DNA of 64,000 nucleotides from an uncultured Acidobacteriota bacterium (GCA_963850585.1 CAWKLW010000015.1:489728-553727), one strand, 5' to 3'. Shown: positions 19,596-30,636, counted from the first letter of the stretch. Notes: a model not told the origin generated them from the letters alone. Made by a program: numbers and translations.

Positions 19596-20744
19596 CTACG
19601 ACGCTGGTTTGGGCTCGGCGCCCACGGCGGAGGTGCCGACCGGTGCTGGCGCGGGAACCGAAACGCCAGCCGAAGTTGCCGGTACGGGCACGGCCTGCCG
19701 CGCATAAGCAGCACGCTCGTCCCATTTCCCGAAGATCATTTTGCCGGCAGTAGTCTGTAAGACCGACGTCACAGAAACGTCAATGGTTTTGCCGATCATC
19801 TTGCGAGCGTTGTCCACAACCACCATAGTGCCGTCGTCGAGATAGGCCACACCCTGGTTGTACTCTTTACCTTCTTTCAGGATGAATACGCGCATGGTCT
19901 CGCCTGGCAGGACGATGGGCTTCAGGGAATTGGCCAGTTCATTGATGTTCAGCACCTCGACTCCCTGCAGCTGCGCCACTTTGTTCAGGTTGAAGTCGTT
20001 GGTGATGATCTTGCCCTCGTAGAGCTTGGCCAGTTCGATCAGCTTGAGATCCACTTCGCGGACTGCCGGGAAATCATCTTCCACGATCTGGATCTGCAGG
20101 TTGGCTACTTTCTGCAGCCGCTGCAGGATATCGAGCCCGCGGCGGCCGCGATTGCGCTTCAGCGAGTCCGCGGAATCGGCTACGAGTTGTAGCTCCCGCA
20201 GTACAAACTGGGGAGTCACAATCACGCCGTCCAGGAACCCGGTTTCGGCGATGTCGGCGATACGACCATCTATGATGACGCTGGTATCGAGAATCTTGTA
20301 GCTCTTCCTACTCTGCTTCTCGCCGCCAAAAATTCCGCCCAGCGCCGAGAGGTTAAGCAGGTCCCCTTTATTGGCGCCCACGATCAGGCCCACGTAGGCC
20401 ATCAGGAGCATCACGAGGATCTGCAGGAAGCTCTGGGTGTGTCCTTCAGGAACACTGCTACGGATCACCAGAGCAAACAGATAGGCGCCACAAATGCCAA
20501 GTATGCTGCCGATGGCCGCGCCAATCAGCCGTTTCAGGCTGACCATGCGCAGCTTCCATTCGAACAGCACAATGGCCCCGCCAATACCAAGACCCACCAC
20601 ACCATCCCATAGGCGAGTCAGTGCAAAGGGTTCGATGACAAAGCAGGTGGCCCCTACAACGATGATAAAAAGAAGACGTACAAAAACAATATCCACGGTA
20701 AACCTCCCGCGGATGCAGGTTGCCCAACTACCAGGGAAATGCAC
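19596..20744 (-). CDS. PIN/TRAM-domain membrane protein (YacL-like)
   Basis: Intact ORF. It has N-terminal TM helices, a PIN-like core ([43 protein letters not shown]) and a C-terminal TRAM-like beta domain ([30 protein letters not shown]). The exact start is uncertain. Confidence 0.7.
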   Translation of the reverse strand: MHFPGSWATCIRGRFTVDIVFVRLLFIIVVGATCFVIEPFALTRLWDGVVGLGIGGAIVLFEWKLRMVSLKRLIGAAIGSILGICGAYLFALVIRSSVPEGHTQSFLQILVMLLMAYVGLIVGANKGDLLNLSALGGIFGGEKQSRKSYKILDTSVIIDGRIADIAETGFLDGVIVTPQFVLRELQLVADSADSLKRNRGRRGLDILQRLQKVANLQIQIVEDDFPAVREVDLKLIELAKLYEGKIITNDFNLNKVAQLQGVEVLNINELANSLKPIVLPGETMRVFILKEGKEYNQGVAYLDDGTMVVVDNARKMIGKTIDVSVTSVLQTTAGKMIFGKWDERAAYARQAVPVPATSAGVSVPAPAPVGTSAVGAEPKPAS

Positions 20745-21108
20745 CCGTGCCGCTCTCGCCGCCCCAGCGGGATCGGCCTTTCAGATACGGAGCGCATGAA
20801 TTAAGGGGGAATGAATGCACGCCCCGTCCGGCCGTAAGGGGCCCAGCCGGATATGTACCAGTAACGCTAAGAGTATATACCTCAGAATTAAGCCTGGGGA
20901 GCACCTGGCGCACACCATCGTACGTCATACTGCAGCGTTCCCGGAGGCGTGTTTAGCTGGCAATCTACGGTTCGCTCCCGCCTTCCGTACAGGGAAACAC
21001 CTTACTTAAGGCGAGCAACATTGTTGCATCTGAAAGACGCACTCGCGTCCGTCGTCCAGCAGGACACTTGCAAGCTTGCTGTCAGTAACAGAGTTCTTGG
21101 AGGTGCTC

Positions 21109-21684
21109 ATGCGAGCTAGCAGCGGTTTGAATTTCATCGTTTTCTGCTTCCTGATCGCGTGTTCCGCGTTGATATACGGACAGGAACCACGACAAGACGA
21201 AAACAGAGCGCCACGGCAGCAGGAGCCGAGGCAAGCTGAACCCCGGCAGCCTGAGGCTCGGCCTGAAGCTCGACCCGAGCCCCGCCGCGATCAGAACAAC
21301 GCCCCGCGCCAGGATGAGGCCAAACCTCCGAAAGAAAATAGGCAGGAGCAAAGACGCGAAGATCAGCGCTCGCGGGATCAGATGAGGTCCGAACCCGAAC
21401 TTGGCCAGGGACACCAGCGGCCCGCTGGCAAGAGCGTACGCATCCCTGACGACAGGTTTCGACAGCAGTTTGGTCGAAACCACACCTTCGCCGTCCGCCC
21501 GGTGGGGGTCTCCGGAGGCCAGCAAGGCTTTGTTTACAGCGGCTATACCTTTGTCTTCCTCGACCCTTGGCCTGAAGATTGGGCTTACGACGACGGCTAC
21601 TACGTGGATGATCTCGATGGCGATTATTACCTGTACGATCTCATGCATCCCGGAATGCGGATCGCGCTTTTCGTGGTGATGTAG
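21109..21684 (+). CDS. secreted low-complexity protein (EPRQ repeats plus Tyr/Asp-rich C-terminus)
   Basis: ATG at 21109 follows a ggaggtg RBS, with leader MRASSGLNFIVFCFLIACSALIYG. An approximately 90-aa run of PRQ/EPR/EAR repeats follows. The C-terminus is a folded-looking domain (FVYSGYTFVFLDPWPEDWAYDDGYYVDDLDGDYYLYD). Confidence 0.55.
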   Translation: MRASSGLNFIVFCFLIACSALIYGQEPRQDENRAPRQQEPRQAEPRQPEARPEARPEPRRDQNNAPRQDEAKPPKENRQEQRREDQRSRDQMRSEPELGQGHQRPAGKSVRIPDDRFRQQFGRNHTFAVRPVGVSGGQQGFVYSGYTFVFLDPWPEDWAYDDGYYVDDLDGDYYLYDLMHPGMRIALFVVM

Positions 21685-21796
21685 CGCATTCGCTCGCGTA
21701 GGGACACCCTTGGGCGACCAGCGAAGCGTACGGCACCCGTGCGGTCATAGCTTAGTCTTTGAGAGGTCGCTGCAATAGCCTGCTAGAATTTTGGCT

Positions 21797-22762
21797 ATGA
21801 AAGCGTTAGTCCTGTCCAGCTTGTCCGGACCTGAAGCTCTCTCCGTTAAAGAATCCCCAGATCCCGATCCGAAACCCGGCCAGACTCTGGTGCGGGTCCG
21901 CGCCGGAGGCGTGAACTTCGCCGACGTCATGACCACTAAGGGGGGCTACCCTGGAACTCCGCCGCCGCCCATGATCGTTGGCCGCGAGTTTTCCGGGCTG
22001 GAAGAAAACAGCGGTCGCCGCGTGATGGGATATGCGCAATGGGCCGCCTTTGCCGAACGGACGCCGGCGTACTCCAACATGCTGTGGCCGGTTCCTGACC
22101 ACTGGTCCGACGAAGAGGCTGCGGCTTTCCCGGTCAACTACTTCACCGCGTATCTGGGATACTGGCAAGCCGCGATGACGGAAGCTGCCCTGCCGGGCCG
22201 CACCCATCGTGTCCTCATTCATGCGGTGGCTGGCGGCGTTGGGACCGCTGCGGTTCAGATTGGGCGGCTGCTCGGAGTAGAAATGTACGGAACTTCTTCG
22301 TCAGACGAAAAGCTGAGCAAGGTAAAAGAACTTGGGCTGCAGCACGGCATCAATTACAAGCGTCACGACTACGAAGAAACGGTCAAGAATCTCACCCACG
22401 GCGAAGGCGTCGATGCCGTTTTCGAAATGTTAGGCGGCGAGCATACCGCCAAGAGCCTGCGCTGCTTGCGCGATTTCGGCAAGGTCATTCAGTACGGCAC
22501 TGCGACCGGAGCCCAGCCGAAACTCGATGTGCGAGCACTCTACGCAAAGTCGGCCAGCGTGCAGGGATTGTGGCTCACCTATTTATCTCAAAAGCCTGAG
22601 ATTATGGGGCCAGCCTGGCAGCAACTTTCTGGGTGGATCAAAGAACGGAAGCTGACGCCGCAAATCGGCCAGGTGTTTCCTTTCGAGCGCGCGGTGGAAG
22701 CGTACAAACTTCTGGAGCAGGGGAAGAACTACGGCAAAGTAATCCTGAAGGTCGCAGCCTAA
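21797..22762 (+). CDS. NADPH:quinone oxidoreductase / zinc-type alcohol dehydrogenase superfamily (MDR)
   Basis: Intact ORF. The sequence MKALVLSS...PDPKPGQTLVRVRAGGVNFADV...VLIHAVAGGVGTAAVQIG...GKVILKV has the typical MDR quinone-reductase layout. Confidence 0.8.
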   Translation: MKALVLSSLSGPEALSVKESPDPDPKPGQTLVRVRAGGVNFADVMTTKGGYPGTPPPPMIVGREFSGLEENSGRRVMGYAQWAAFAERTPAYSNMLWPVPDHWSDEEAAAFPVNYFTAYLGYWQAAMTEAALPGRTHRVLIHAVAGGVGTAAVQIGRLLGVEMYGTSSSDEKLSKVKELGLQHGINYKRHDYEETVKNLTHGEGVDAVFEMLGGEHTAKSLRCLRDFGKVIQYGTATGAQPKLDVRALYAKSASVQGLWLTYLSQKPEIMGPAWQQLSGWIKERKLTPQIGQVFPFERAVEAYKLLEQGKNYGKVILKVAA

Positions 22763-22793
22763 AACGTACCCAGAACTACCTCGAAATGGGTGC

Positions 22794-22824
22794 CCCACTT
22801 CTCGCCTCCTTTGCGAGAAGTGGG
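22794..22824. terminator. bidirectional hairpin between convergent genes
   Basis: Perfect 12-bp stem, cccacttctcgc / gcgagaagtggg, with a 7-nt loop. It lies between the stops at 22762 (+) and 22842 (-). Confidence 0.5.
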
Positions 22825-22841
22825 ATTGTGGTTTCTAAACT

Positions 22842-23267
22842 TCACTTTGCGCCTCCCGCAGGCTCAGACTCAAACACCCAACTATCGCTGACCAGAAAAT
22901 TTGCCACGGAGCACAAGCCAATGGCAACGCCATTTGCGACCAGATAGTTCATGTTTCCGAGCCCCACCATTACCTTCATCAATGCAAGATTTCCTAGAAT
23001 TGATACCAGTCCTGTCGTGAGGTTGAAGCGGGCGAATCTGTGCCAGGATGGCCGCCACGAACCGTCGACCCGGTCAGCCCAGGTGAATTGCTCGTGCCAA
23101 ACGAAATTGTGGACCACTGCGGCTTCTACGGCGATGGCGGTGGCGAACAGATAATCAAAGTGGAGCACGGTCTTAAGAAGAAACAGGGCGGCAAACTGCA
23201 CGCCGATCCCAATTCCTCCCACCAGATTGAACTTGCACCAACGCACAATTCCCGGACCAGCCTTCAT
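22842..23267 (-). CDS. GtrA-family membrane protein
   Basis: The internal start MKAGPGIVRWCKFNLVGGIGIGVQFAALFLL...VHNFVWHEQFTW...ANFLVSDSWVF is the classic GtrA pattern. Its ATG overlaps the stop of the upstream gene (ATGA at 23264-23267). Confidence 0.75.
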   Translation of the reverse strand: MKAGPGIVRWCKFNLVGGIGIGVQFAALFLLKTVLHFDYLFATAIAVEAAVVHNFVWHEQFTWADRVDGSWRPSWHRFARFNLTTGLVSILGNLALMKVMVGLGNMNYLVANGVAIGLCSVANFLVSDSWVFESEPAGGAK

Positions 23268-24052
23268 TGCGAGATCCTTTCCGCCCGATAAAGTCGGATC
23301 GTGTTTTGCAGGCTGAAGAACACAAGCATCATCGTCATGCCGGTAAGACCAATCACGCCGCCAACATCGAAGAGCCGGTATTGGCCGCCCATGAAATGGA
23401 CGCGAGGCTTCCAGAACAGGGCCAGGTTTCCAACTGCCAGCAGGATTCGCAATTCCGTTGGCCCAAACTTCCAGAAGGACAGGCGGAATTCGCCCAGCGT
23501 GTGCGTTGCCAGATAAGACTGGATCGACAGCATCAGGAAGGCGATCAGTAACCCGATAGCAATCCAAGGGTGCATATAACCGGACAGAGCCAAGCCGCCC
23601 ATGAGGGCAACCCCGCCGAAGCTGTCGACCATGTGATCCACATAGAAGCCATATCGGGGGCGGAGCGTGTGCCGGACACGGGCGAGGGTCCCATCCAAAG
23701 AATCGCCCAGCCAGTTGAGGGCCAGGCATACGATGACTCCGAGCAGCGAGAAACGATTCCAAAACGCGAGCGCGTAACAGGCGCCAGCGCTAAGCTGCGC
23801 CATGAAGCCCAGCAGAGTTAAGTGATCCGGCCCGATTCGGTTCGGAGTTCGCTGAGCAATCCAGACCAGAACACGTTTTTCCCACGCAGCGACCCAACTC
23901 TCCTGCACCCGCACAACGTCCGGGCCACGCATCTTCGTCTCCATCCGTACTCCGGAATTCAACTGCTCACTGACATCAGTCATGTTCCGGGAGCCAAGGG
24001 TTGCCATGTTCGCCTCCAAGATCTGCGAGCACTCTCGCCCAACACGAGCCAA
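23264..24052 (-). CDS. CDP-alcohol phosphatidyltransferase family protein
   Basis: The motif NWLGDSLDGTLARVRHTLRPRYGFYVDHMVDS matches DG(x)2AR(x)8G(x)3D(x)3D. The protein has multiple TM segments. The start may be the internal ATG at 24007. Confidence 0.8.
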   Translation of the reverse strand: MARVGRECSQILEANMATLGSRNMTDVSEQLNSGVRMETKMRGPDVVRVQESWVAAWEKRVLVWIAQRTPNRIGPDHLTLLGFMAQLSAGACYALAFWNRFSLLGVIVCLALNWLGDSLDGTLARVRHTLRPRYGFYVDHMVDSFGGVALMGGLALSGYMHPWIAIGLLIAFLMLSIQSYLATHTLGEFRLSFWKFGPTELRILLAVGNLALFWKPRVHFMGGQYRLFDVGGVIGLTGMTMMLVFFSLQNTIRLYRAERISQ

Positions 24053-24157
24053 CGCGCAATGCCGGCGGCATCAAAAGATTCTCCACGGGTAAGTTATTGA
24101 AATCGCGGGAATATCGAAGGAGAGTCAGACAAAGGGTGGATCTTCGGTATGGCTTTC

Positions 24158-24196
24158 AGCCCTTAGCCCTTAGCTTTTAGCTAAAGGCTAAGGGCT
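24158..24196. terminator. extended hairpin downstream of the isomerase-family gene
   Basis: Stem agcccttagcc (24158-24168) / ggctaagggct (24186-24196), plus an inner ttagc/gctaa stem. No U-tract, so terminator function is tentative. Confidence 0.35.
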
Positions 24197-24227
24197 AACA
24201 GCTAAGAGCTTACCGCAGAACGCCAAC

Positions 24228-25643
24228 TTAGTTCTGGTGCCAGTACATCGGCCAGTCGAGGTAGCGAACGGCGGCCTCATGCACCGCGGCCGCGGTGGTC
24301 GAGAAATTGGCCGCTACGTGGTGCTCGAATCCATTCTCGCAAATGTAATGCAGCAGGCTCTGGAGTTCGGGAATCCGTACTACCCCAACTCCGCCAAAGG
24401 TATTCAACGCGTCGCTGGTGAACTCACCTTCGCCGACGTAGCCGCGGATCGTCCCTGCCCGGTCATCGGTGGAGAAGCGGGCGAAACTCATGGCGCCGGG
24501 CTTGACCCGTCCTACGACAGTTCCGAAGGTATTCTCTTTGCCGACAGTGCCGGCGATGATCTCCTGGAAGTCCATGCGGACGTCCTGGAAGAAGTGCTTG
24601 GGAAGATTGCTGCAGTGGAAGCAGACGGCCTTGTTGGGATCTTCGCCGTAATTATTATTCCAGTCGAGCAGCGCACTGGGAGTCTCAGATGCGAGCGCGA
24701 GCGCGTGCATGCTGAGGGTGCCGCAGACATCGACCTCGCAGGCCGCCGGCAGCAGGTTGTTGCTCATCATGCTCATGATGGTGCAGGGGACCACGCCGAA
24801 ATATTCTTCCATGGCGGTCCAGCATTGAACGGCGCTGACTTTCACGTCGGTTTGCTGCATCCAGTGATCGATGACGTAGCCGAGTTTGGCCATCTTGATG
24901 AGGGCGGCATCGGGAACGCCGCCGGTGGTCACATATTTACGAATTTCCGCCAGCTTAGCTTGAACGCCAGAGTCCTCATCTTTCAAGCGGCCGATGCGCC
25001 CCATGATCTCCGAGAGGTCGACCGTTTCCGTGGTGATGCCGGAAGCCTCCAGCAACTTCTCGCTGTAGCGAACTGTATTGAACGCGGCGGGTCTGGCGCC
25101 GATACTGCCCAAGCGCAGGTTGCGCATTCCATTAGCGACGCGGCACACGGCAGCGAACCAGGCAAGGTCCTGCTGGAATTCGGCGGAATCCGGTGCCACC
25201 GTGTGCAGCCGGGTCAAAGAATAAGGAACGCCATACTGGCGGAGGTTATTGCAGGCCGACATCTTGCCGCAGAAGCTGTCGCGCCTGTGCAGGATGGTCA
25301 TCTTGGACGCGTTGTCGGGAGTAGCCTGCACGAGCACAGGTACATCCAGCCGGGCCAGGCGCATTGTGTCGGCAATCGCGCGCTCGTCACCGAAGTTCGG
25401 CAAAGTAACGATGACCCCATCGATGCGATCGCTGTTCTTCCGAAACAGGGCTGCACAACGCTTGGCCTCTTCGTGAGTTTCGACGGCGCCGTGCTTGCTA
25501 TCCTCCGGGCCGAGTACCACGCTATCGATGCCCGCCTTGGCCAGCGCGTCAATAATTTCTTGGCGGCCGGTTTTGGCCAACTGGTCGGGAAAGAATCCAC
25601 GGTTCCCGACAATTACTCCCATGGTCATCTTCTTATGCGACAT
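24228..25643 (-). CDS. L-fucose/L-arabinose isomerase family protein
   Basis: Intact 471-aa ORF. It starts MGVIVGNRGFFPDQL...VIVTLPNFGDE... and ends ...FEHHVAANF, the layout of the COG2407-type sugar isomerase family. Confidence 0.7.
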   Translation of the reverse strand: MSHKKMTMGVIVGNRGFFPDQLAKTGRQEIIDALAKAGIDSVVLGPEDSKHGAVETHEEAKRCAALFRKNSDRIDGVIVTLPNFGDERAIADTMRLARLDVPVLVQATPDNASKMTILHRRDSFCGKMSACNNLRQYGVPYSLTRLHTVAPDSAEFQQDLAWFAAVCRVANGMRNLRLGSIGARPAAFNTVRYSEKLLEASGITTETVDLSEIMGRIGRLKDEDSGVQAKLAEIRKYVTTGGVPDAALIKMAKLGYVIDHWMQQTDVKVSAVQCWTAMEEYFGVVPCTIMSMMSNNLLPAACEVDVCGTLSMHALALASETPSALLDWNNNYGEDPNKAVCFHCSNLPKHFFQDVRMDFQEIIAGTVGKENTFGTVVGRVKPGAMSFARFSTDDRAGTIRGYVGEGEFTSDALNTFGGVGVVRIPELQSLLHYICENGFEHHVAANFSTTAAAVHEAAVRYLDWPMYWHQN

Positions 25644-25673
25644 AAATCCTTTTTCAGCTATGAAAGACCGCGA

Positions 25674-25913
25674 TTAAGAGTTTTCGGACATTCTTTTGCG
25701 TTCGCGCGCGGGCGAGAAGCGTATCGCGTACAGCGCACCGAGAACTAATAAGATTCCGCCCCACCATACGTTGGCATGGAGGTTCGAGAGCACAAGTTGC
25801 TGCTGAGGGGGATGAATGATCTCGTAGATCCCGGTGATGAAGATCAACAAGCCATTCACGCCCAGGCAAACCCCGATGAAAAACCAGATGGACAATGCGC
25901 CGCCCGTCTTCAT
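25674..25913 (-). CDS. small two-TM membrane protein
   Basis: 79-aa ORF lying tightly between the symporter and the isomerase gene. It has two hydrophobic helices. No family recognised. Confidence 0.45.
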   Translation of the reverse strand: MKTGGALSIWFFIGVCLGVNGLLIFITGIYEIIHPPQQQLVLSNLHANVWWGGILLVLGALYAIRFSPARERKRMSENS

Positions 25914-25922
25914 GAGTTGCTC

Positions 25923-27683
25923 CTACCAGAAGATGATCTGCAAAACAATGAATATCACCGCCACCACAGCCGCCCAGAAAACCGGGCTGTGAAAGATGGT
26001 CGCGTGGTCGGTTTTCGGAATCGGCGTCAGGCCGTAGACAACGTCCTTGAGTTCGGAATCCGGCTTTGGCTTCGTGAGATAGCTGACGACGACGGTCACG
26101 ACTACACAAATGAGGCAGCACCACAATGCGCGAAACATGTTTTGTGCCTGATCCTGCGCATCCATGGACAGAGCGACATAGCGTACCGCTTCCGGGTCGA
26201 CTTTCACCCAGGCGTACATCCCGACCGAAGACAGCGTTCCCGCGAGCAGGCCCGTCCAACCACCGGCGGGAGTCGCGCGTTTCCAAAGCATACCGAGGAT
26301 CACCGTGCCGAAGAGCGGGGCAATGAAGAAGCTGAACAGGGCCTGGACGTAATCCATGATCGATTGCGTATGCATTACGAGATAGGCCGTACCGATACTA
26401 ATAAAGACGCCGATCACAGTGACCCAGCGACCCATCCGTACCTTGGATTCGTCGGAAGCGTTCTTATTGAGCAGCGTCCCGTAGATGTCGTAGGTCCATA
26501 CGGTGGTGAACGCGCTGACGTTCCCCGCCATGCCCGACATGAAGCCGGCGATGAGCGCGGTGATACCAAGCCCCAGCAGTCCCGGCCCGCAGTAGCGAGC
26601 CAACATCAAAGGCAAGACTTCGTCATATCCGTGCAATCCCTGGGCCTGCCCGGCGGGAGACCATGCCACGTCGGCGGGCACCAGTCGCAGCAAGTGGCCA
26701 GTATTGGGATCGCGGAGCAGGGCCAAGCCGAGAAGTCCGGGGAGGATGACGATGAACGGCACGCACATCTTAAAGGCGGCTCCGATGATGGGAGCCATTT
26801 CAGCCGAGCGCAGGTCCTTAGCCGCCAGAACGCGCTGGATCACAAGAAAGTCGGTGGTCCAATAGCCCATCGAAATCACCGCGCCGAGGCCGAACACAAT
26901 CCCCGCCCAGTTGATTCCCATAGGGTTGGTATTGAAATGCCCCAATGTCGACCAGAGGTGGGTGTAAGATCCGGGATTGGCCACGTGCAGTTCGGTCAAA
27001 TTCTGCATGATCTTGGCCTGCATCCCGCTCCAGCCGCCCGCTTCGATGAGTCCGAGGATCGGAATCAGCAGGGCTCCCGCCCAGATCAGAAAGAATTGCA
27101 GAACCTCGTTAAATATGGCGGAGCGAAGGCCGCCGAGGGCGACATAGGCGGCAACGGTCAGGGAAGAAACCAGAATGCTGAAATTGAGATCCCAGCCTAG
27201 GACGACCCGCATGACGACAGCCATGGCGTACATGTTGATGCCGCTCATCAACACTGTCATGAATGCGAAAGAAATGGAAGAGATCGCCTGCGCGCCGGTG
27301 CCGAAGCGCAGCTTGAGATAGCCCGGCACGGAATGGGTTTTGCAGACGTAGTAAAACGGCATCATGATTAGCGCCAGGAAAAGCATGGCGGGAATCGCGC
27401 CGATCCAGTACCAGTGGGCCGCGAGAATGCCGTATTTATAGGAGTTTCCCGCCCACCCCATCAATTCTAGTGATCCGAGGTTGGCGGACAAAAATGCCAG
27501 CCCGGCCACCCACGCCGTCATCTCGCGTCCGGCCATGAAGAAGTCTTCGCCGGTGTTGGCCTGTCCCTTGAGATAGAGGCCGATCCCCAGGACCAAGGCA
27601 AAATAGAAGACGATGATCACCAGATCAACCGGCGACAGATGCACCAGGGTGGACGAATTAAGCAATAGCAGAGCAGGATTCAT
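25923..27683 (-). CDS. sodium:solute symporter (SSS family)
   Basis: Intact 586-aa polytopic membrane ORF of roughly 13-14 helices, with GREMTAWVAGLAFLSANLGS and GGLRSAIFNEVLQFFLIW blocks typical of SSS/SGLT-type carriers. Confidence 0.8.
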   Translation of the reverse strand: MNPALLLLNSSTLVHLSPVDLVIIVFYFALVLGIGLYLKGQANTGEDFFMAGREMTAWVAGLAFLSANLGSLELMGWAGNSYKYGILAAHWYWIGAIPAMLFLALIMMPFYYVCKTHSVPGYLKLRFGTGAQAISSISFAFMTVLMSGINMYAMAVVMRVVLGWDLNFSILVSSLTVAAYVALGGLRSAIFNEVLQFFLIWAGALLIPILGLIEAGGWSGMQAKIMQNLTELHVANPGSYTHLWSTLGHFNTNPMGINWAGIVFGLGAVISMGYWTTDFLVIQRVLAAKDLRSAEMAPIIGAAFKMCVPFIVILPGLLGLALLRDPNTGHLLRLVPADVAWSPAGQAQGLHGYDEVLPLMLARYCGPGLLGLGITALIAGFMSGMAGNVSAFTTVWTYDIYGTLLNKNASDESKVRMGRWVTVIGVFISIGTAYLVMHTQSIMDYVQALFSFFIAPLFGTVILGMLWKRATPAGGWTGLLAGTLSSVGMYAWVKVDPEAVRYVALSMDAQDQAQNMFRALWCCLICVVVTVVVSYLTKPKPDSELKDVVYGLTPIPKTDHATIFHSPVFWAAVVAVIFIVLQIIFW

Positions 27684-27912
27684 TGCGTCTTAACCTGTCC
27701 GAAACGGGGAGTTGGAGCGTACGTTCGCAAAATTTGCTGGTGGTGCGCGTTGCGGGCTAAAGGCTGGGACTCTGGCATTTGCCGGGAAAATTCTTTGCTG
27801 AAAAGCGTCACGTAAACGTTTACGTAATGGGAAACATTAAACGCACGTGCCGGCTTTGTCAAAGAATTCCATAGATGGTGACCTCAGCCGCGCCCTCGCA
27901 GACCACCTCTTC

Positions 27913-29801
27913 TCATGCCCAGGTCCGCAGGCCGATGATCCCCCAATAGCTGAGGTACACCGCAAAAATCAGGAGGGCCAGTGTGACCGCCCGGGAAAAG
28001 ATGCGAACCCCGCGACGCACGCTCTCTTTGGGCGCACGCCACCAGGCATAAGCGCTCAGCAGGACGGATATCGCAAATGCCAGGGTCGTGAGTCGCAGAG
28101 CTTCTGACCAGAGCGTATGGTTCCCCATTCGCCCAATCAGGTCGGCACTGCATACGATGAAGATGGCAACGAACGCGAAGAGGCTGAGCACAGCCAACAG
28201 CGGGAATAAGCGCATCCCACGCTCGGCGGGTCGGCGCCGGCGTTTGATTAATCCGCCGAGAAGCCAGAACGGGGCGTAGATCACAATGGCGATGACCGCG
28301 AGCGCGACGTAGGCCGTAATAAGAATCTCGCAAATTGCAAGCCATGCCGGAATCTTTTTGAGCGTGTCCATCATTCCGCCCTGCACGAAGCGGCCGTCCG
28401 GATTGGGAGCCAGCAACACCAGCGAAAGGGCCGGATCAGGCGGATCCTCCTTCTTAGAAAGATGGCGAAACTGCGCGCCTACTACCGGCACGTACTCTTG
28501 CTTGCCGCCGAGCGAGGTAAATACCAAATGTCCAGTTTTCACCTGCAGCCACGTGAGTCCGGTGATGCGCTCGATGAATTGTGTAAGTTGCACACGCGGA
28601 GAGTTGGGCTCGTACCATCCCGCATAGTCGCTGGCGTCGGCTGGCAAGGACGCTACCGAAGGAACCGTGGGCTTCTGCAAAGTATGGGTGATGTAGGCGC
28701 GAATCGTTTTAGCAATTTTCTCGAATGCGCCCCCGTTTCCGCTGTTGATGCTGAAAAAATAGCCGACACCGTAATCGGGCATGTAGGCCATATTTGTCAG
28801 GCCGCCTTCCACGCCGCCATCATGCCCGTGATATACGAAGCCATCTTCAATGCTCCAGTAATTGCTCAACCCATAGCCGGTCTTCAGTCCCTGTTGTGCG
28901 GCCCAGGTGCTTTCCGGAATCTCCATGCGATCAATATCAGAAGAGGGGACGACCTGCCTGCCCGCGGCGGAACCTCGATTGAGGTAGAACTGGACATACG
29001 CCGCCATATCCTTCGCCGAAGCGTTGATCGCCCCAGCCGGTCGCAACAGGATGTGCCAATAAGGATACGGAGTCTTGCCGTCTTCGTGATAAAGAGTGGT
29101 AGCCGTGCCGGCATCGGTTCGAAGTACGTTGCCGTCTTCATGCCGATGGGAACAAACAGATTCTGTTGGACGAAATCTTCAAACCTCTGACCCGTCAATT
29201 TCTCTACCACGTACGCGGCCACCGGAGGCCCGGAGTTGCAGTAGGCCATACGAGTCCCGGGACGCCAGCGCGACACTCGGGAACTGCGGTCGTAGTCCAG
29301 CCCATCATGCAGGCTCATGCTGTCCGGCGCCTGTTTTGCGTACTCGCGCAAATGCATGTCGTCCCAGCCGGTAGTGTGCTCCAGCAAATTGACGACGCGG
29401 ATGGGATCGCTGGCTTCCCACCGATTTTCGAAAAAGACATCGGGCACCAGCTTGTGGACCGGGTCCTGCAGCGTGAGTTTGCCTTGGTCCGTCAGCAACA
29501 GAATAGATAAGGATGAGAACGCCTTGGAGGTGGAGCCGATGCGGAACAGAGTGTCCGCAGTGTTGGCGCGCCCGCTGGCGACATCCGCCACTCCAAGGCC
29601 AGCGATCCATTCCGGCCCGTCCTTGTGGACGATGGCCACCGAAACTCCGGGCGTGTGAGTATCCTTGAGGATCTTTTCCAGTTGCTGCTGCAACTCGGGG
29701 ATGGATTGGGCGGGCTTCGGTTTCTCTTCTTTTTTCTTATCGGCCGCTACGCCGAGCGAGACACACGACAGGATGAGAATGGCTGGGACGGTCCATTTCA
29801 C
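27913..29801 (-). pseudogene. serine hydrolase (beta-lactamase/PBP4* family) with C-terminal TM domain, one frameshift
   Basis: N-terminal ORF 28884-29801 has a signal peptide and the FRIGSTSKAF (SxxK) motif. After ...PIGMKTATYFE (about 29110) the sequence continues in ORF 27913-29046 (RPAGAINASAKDMAAYVQFYL...HDGGVEGG...), followed by four TM helices. Confidence 0.7.
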
Positions 29802-29913
29802 GATTCAATCCTCCTCAACACACGGACGCGGGATCTGAAACGTTGGGCCAGCAAGTCTATGTATGAAAGTTGAGTCTCAGACCTCGCCCGATCCGCGGAC
29901 CATCATACGTCCG

Positions 29914-30624
29914 CTAAATCTGGTAGTCGAGGTCGTCCATGATGCGTTGCAAGGATTCAGACAGGGACTCTGGCTTATGCGCGGGGCCTTCGAGTTCACG
30001 CACGCGTTCGCGAAGGCTGTGGACTTCCGAGGCGACTGAGGCGAGCGCTTCGGACAGCGGATCGTTGATCTGCTTGGGATCGGTGATGACCACGCGCTTG
30101 CCTTCACGAAAAATGATGTGCGCCGGCACGCCGACTACAGTTGAGTTATCCGGCACGTTACGCAACACGACGGAGCCCGCGCCAATCCGGCAGTTCTTTC
30201 CGATAGTGATATTGCCCAGGATCTTCGCTCCCCCGCCGACGACAACTCCATCTTCGATCGTCGGATGCCGTTTGCCGTGCTCTTTGCCGGTACCGCCGAG
30301 AGTCACTCCTTGATATAAGGTCACGTCATCGCCGACGGTGGTGGTTTCGCCGATGACGACTCCCATGCCGTGATCGATGAAAAGGCGGCGCCCGATCTTC
30401 GCTCCGGGATGAATCTCGATGCCAGTTAGAAATCGAGCGACCTGCGAGAGCCAGCGGGCAGCCAGACCCAGACCGTGATTCCAGAGCCAATGATTCACGC
30501 GGTAAAACCACACCGCATGCAGGCCCGCATAGCAGAGGAGAACTTCCACGCGAGACTTCGCGGCGGGATCCGACTCCATCACGTTGGCCACGTCTTCGCG
30601 AATTAGGGAGAGCAGATGCGGCAT
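29914..30624 (-). CDS. cysE: serine O-acetyltransferase
   Basis: Intact ORF. It has ...[41 protein letters not shown] and the hexapeptide repeats. Confidence 0.9.
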   Translation of the reverse strand: MPHLLSLIREDVANVMESDPAAKSRVEVLLCYAGLHAVWFYRVNHWLWNHGLGLAARWLSQVARFLTGIEIHPGAKIGRRLFIDHGMGVVIGETTTVGDDVTLYQGVTLGGTGKEHGKRHPTIEDGVVVGGGAKILGNITIGKNCRIGAGSVVLRNVPDNSTVVGVPAHIIFREGKRVVITDPKQINDPLSEALASVASEVHSLRERVRELEGPAHKPESLSESLQRIMDDLDYQI

Positions 30625-30636
30625 GACGTTTAACGA

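Noticed and set aside
20745-21075. 330-nt intergenic region checked for a structured RNA (6S, SRP, RNase P, tmRNA signatures)
   Set aside because: None of the conserved cores I know (GAGGAAAGUCCGGGC, the SRP GGAA/AGCA loop, a tmRNA tRNA-like end) is present. It is most simply a divergent promoter region.
24158-24215. Repeated gctaag/ctaagg words that look like a tandem repeat or a mini-CRISPR
   Set aside because: The words are simply the two arms of one hairpin plus a partial echo. There are no regular spacers and only one unit.
24237-25748. 503-aa + strand ORF
   Set aside because: It is the antisense shadow of the fucose-isomerase-family gene. Its composition is Gly/Arg/His/Ala-rich with no motif, while the - strand protein has a clear family signature.
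25776-27200. 474-aa + strand ORF
   Set aside because: Antisense to the sodium:solute symporter. It is hydrophilic and Arg/His/Asp/Gly-rich, as expected of a GC-rich shadow frame.
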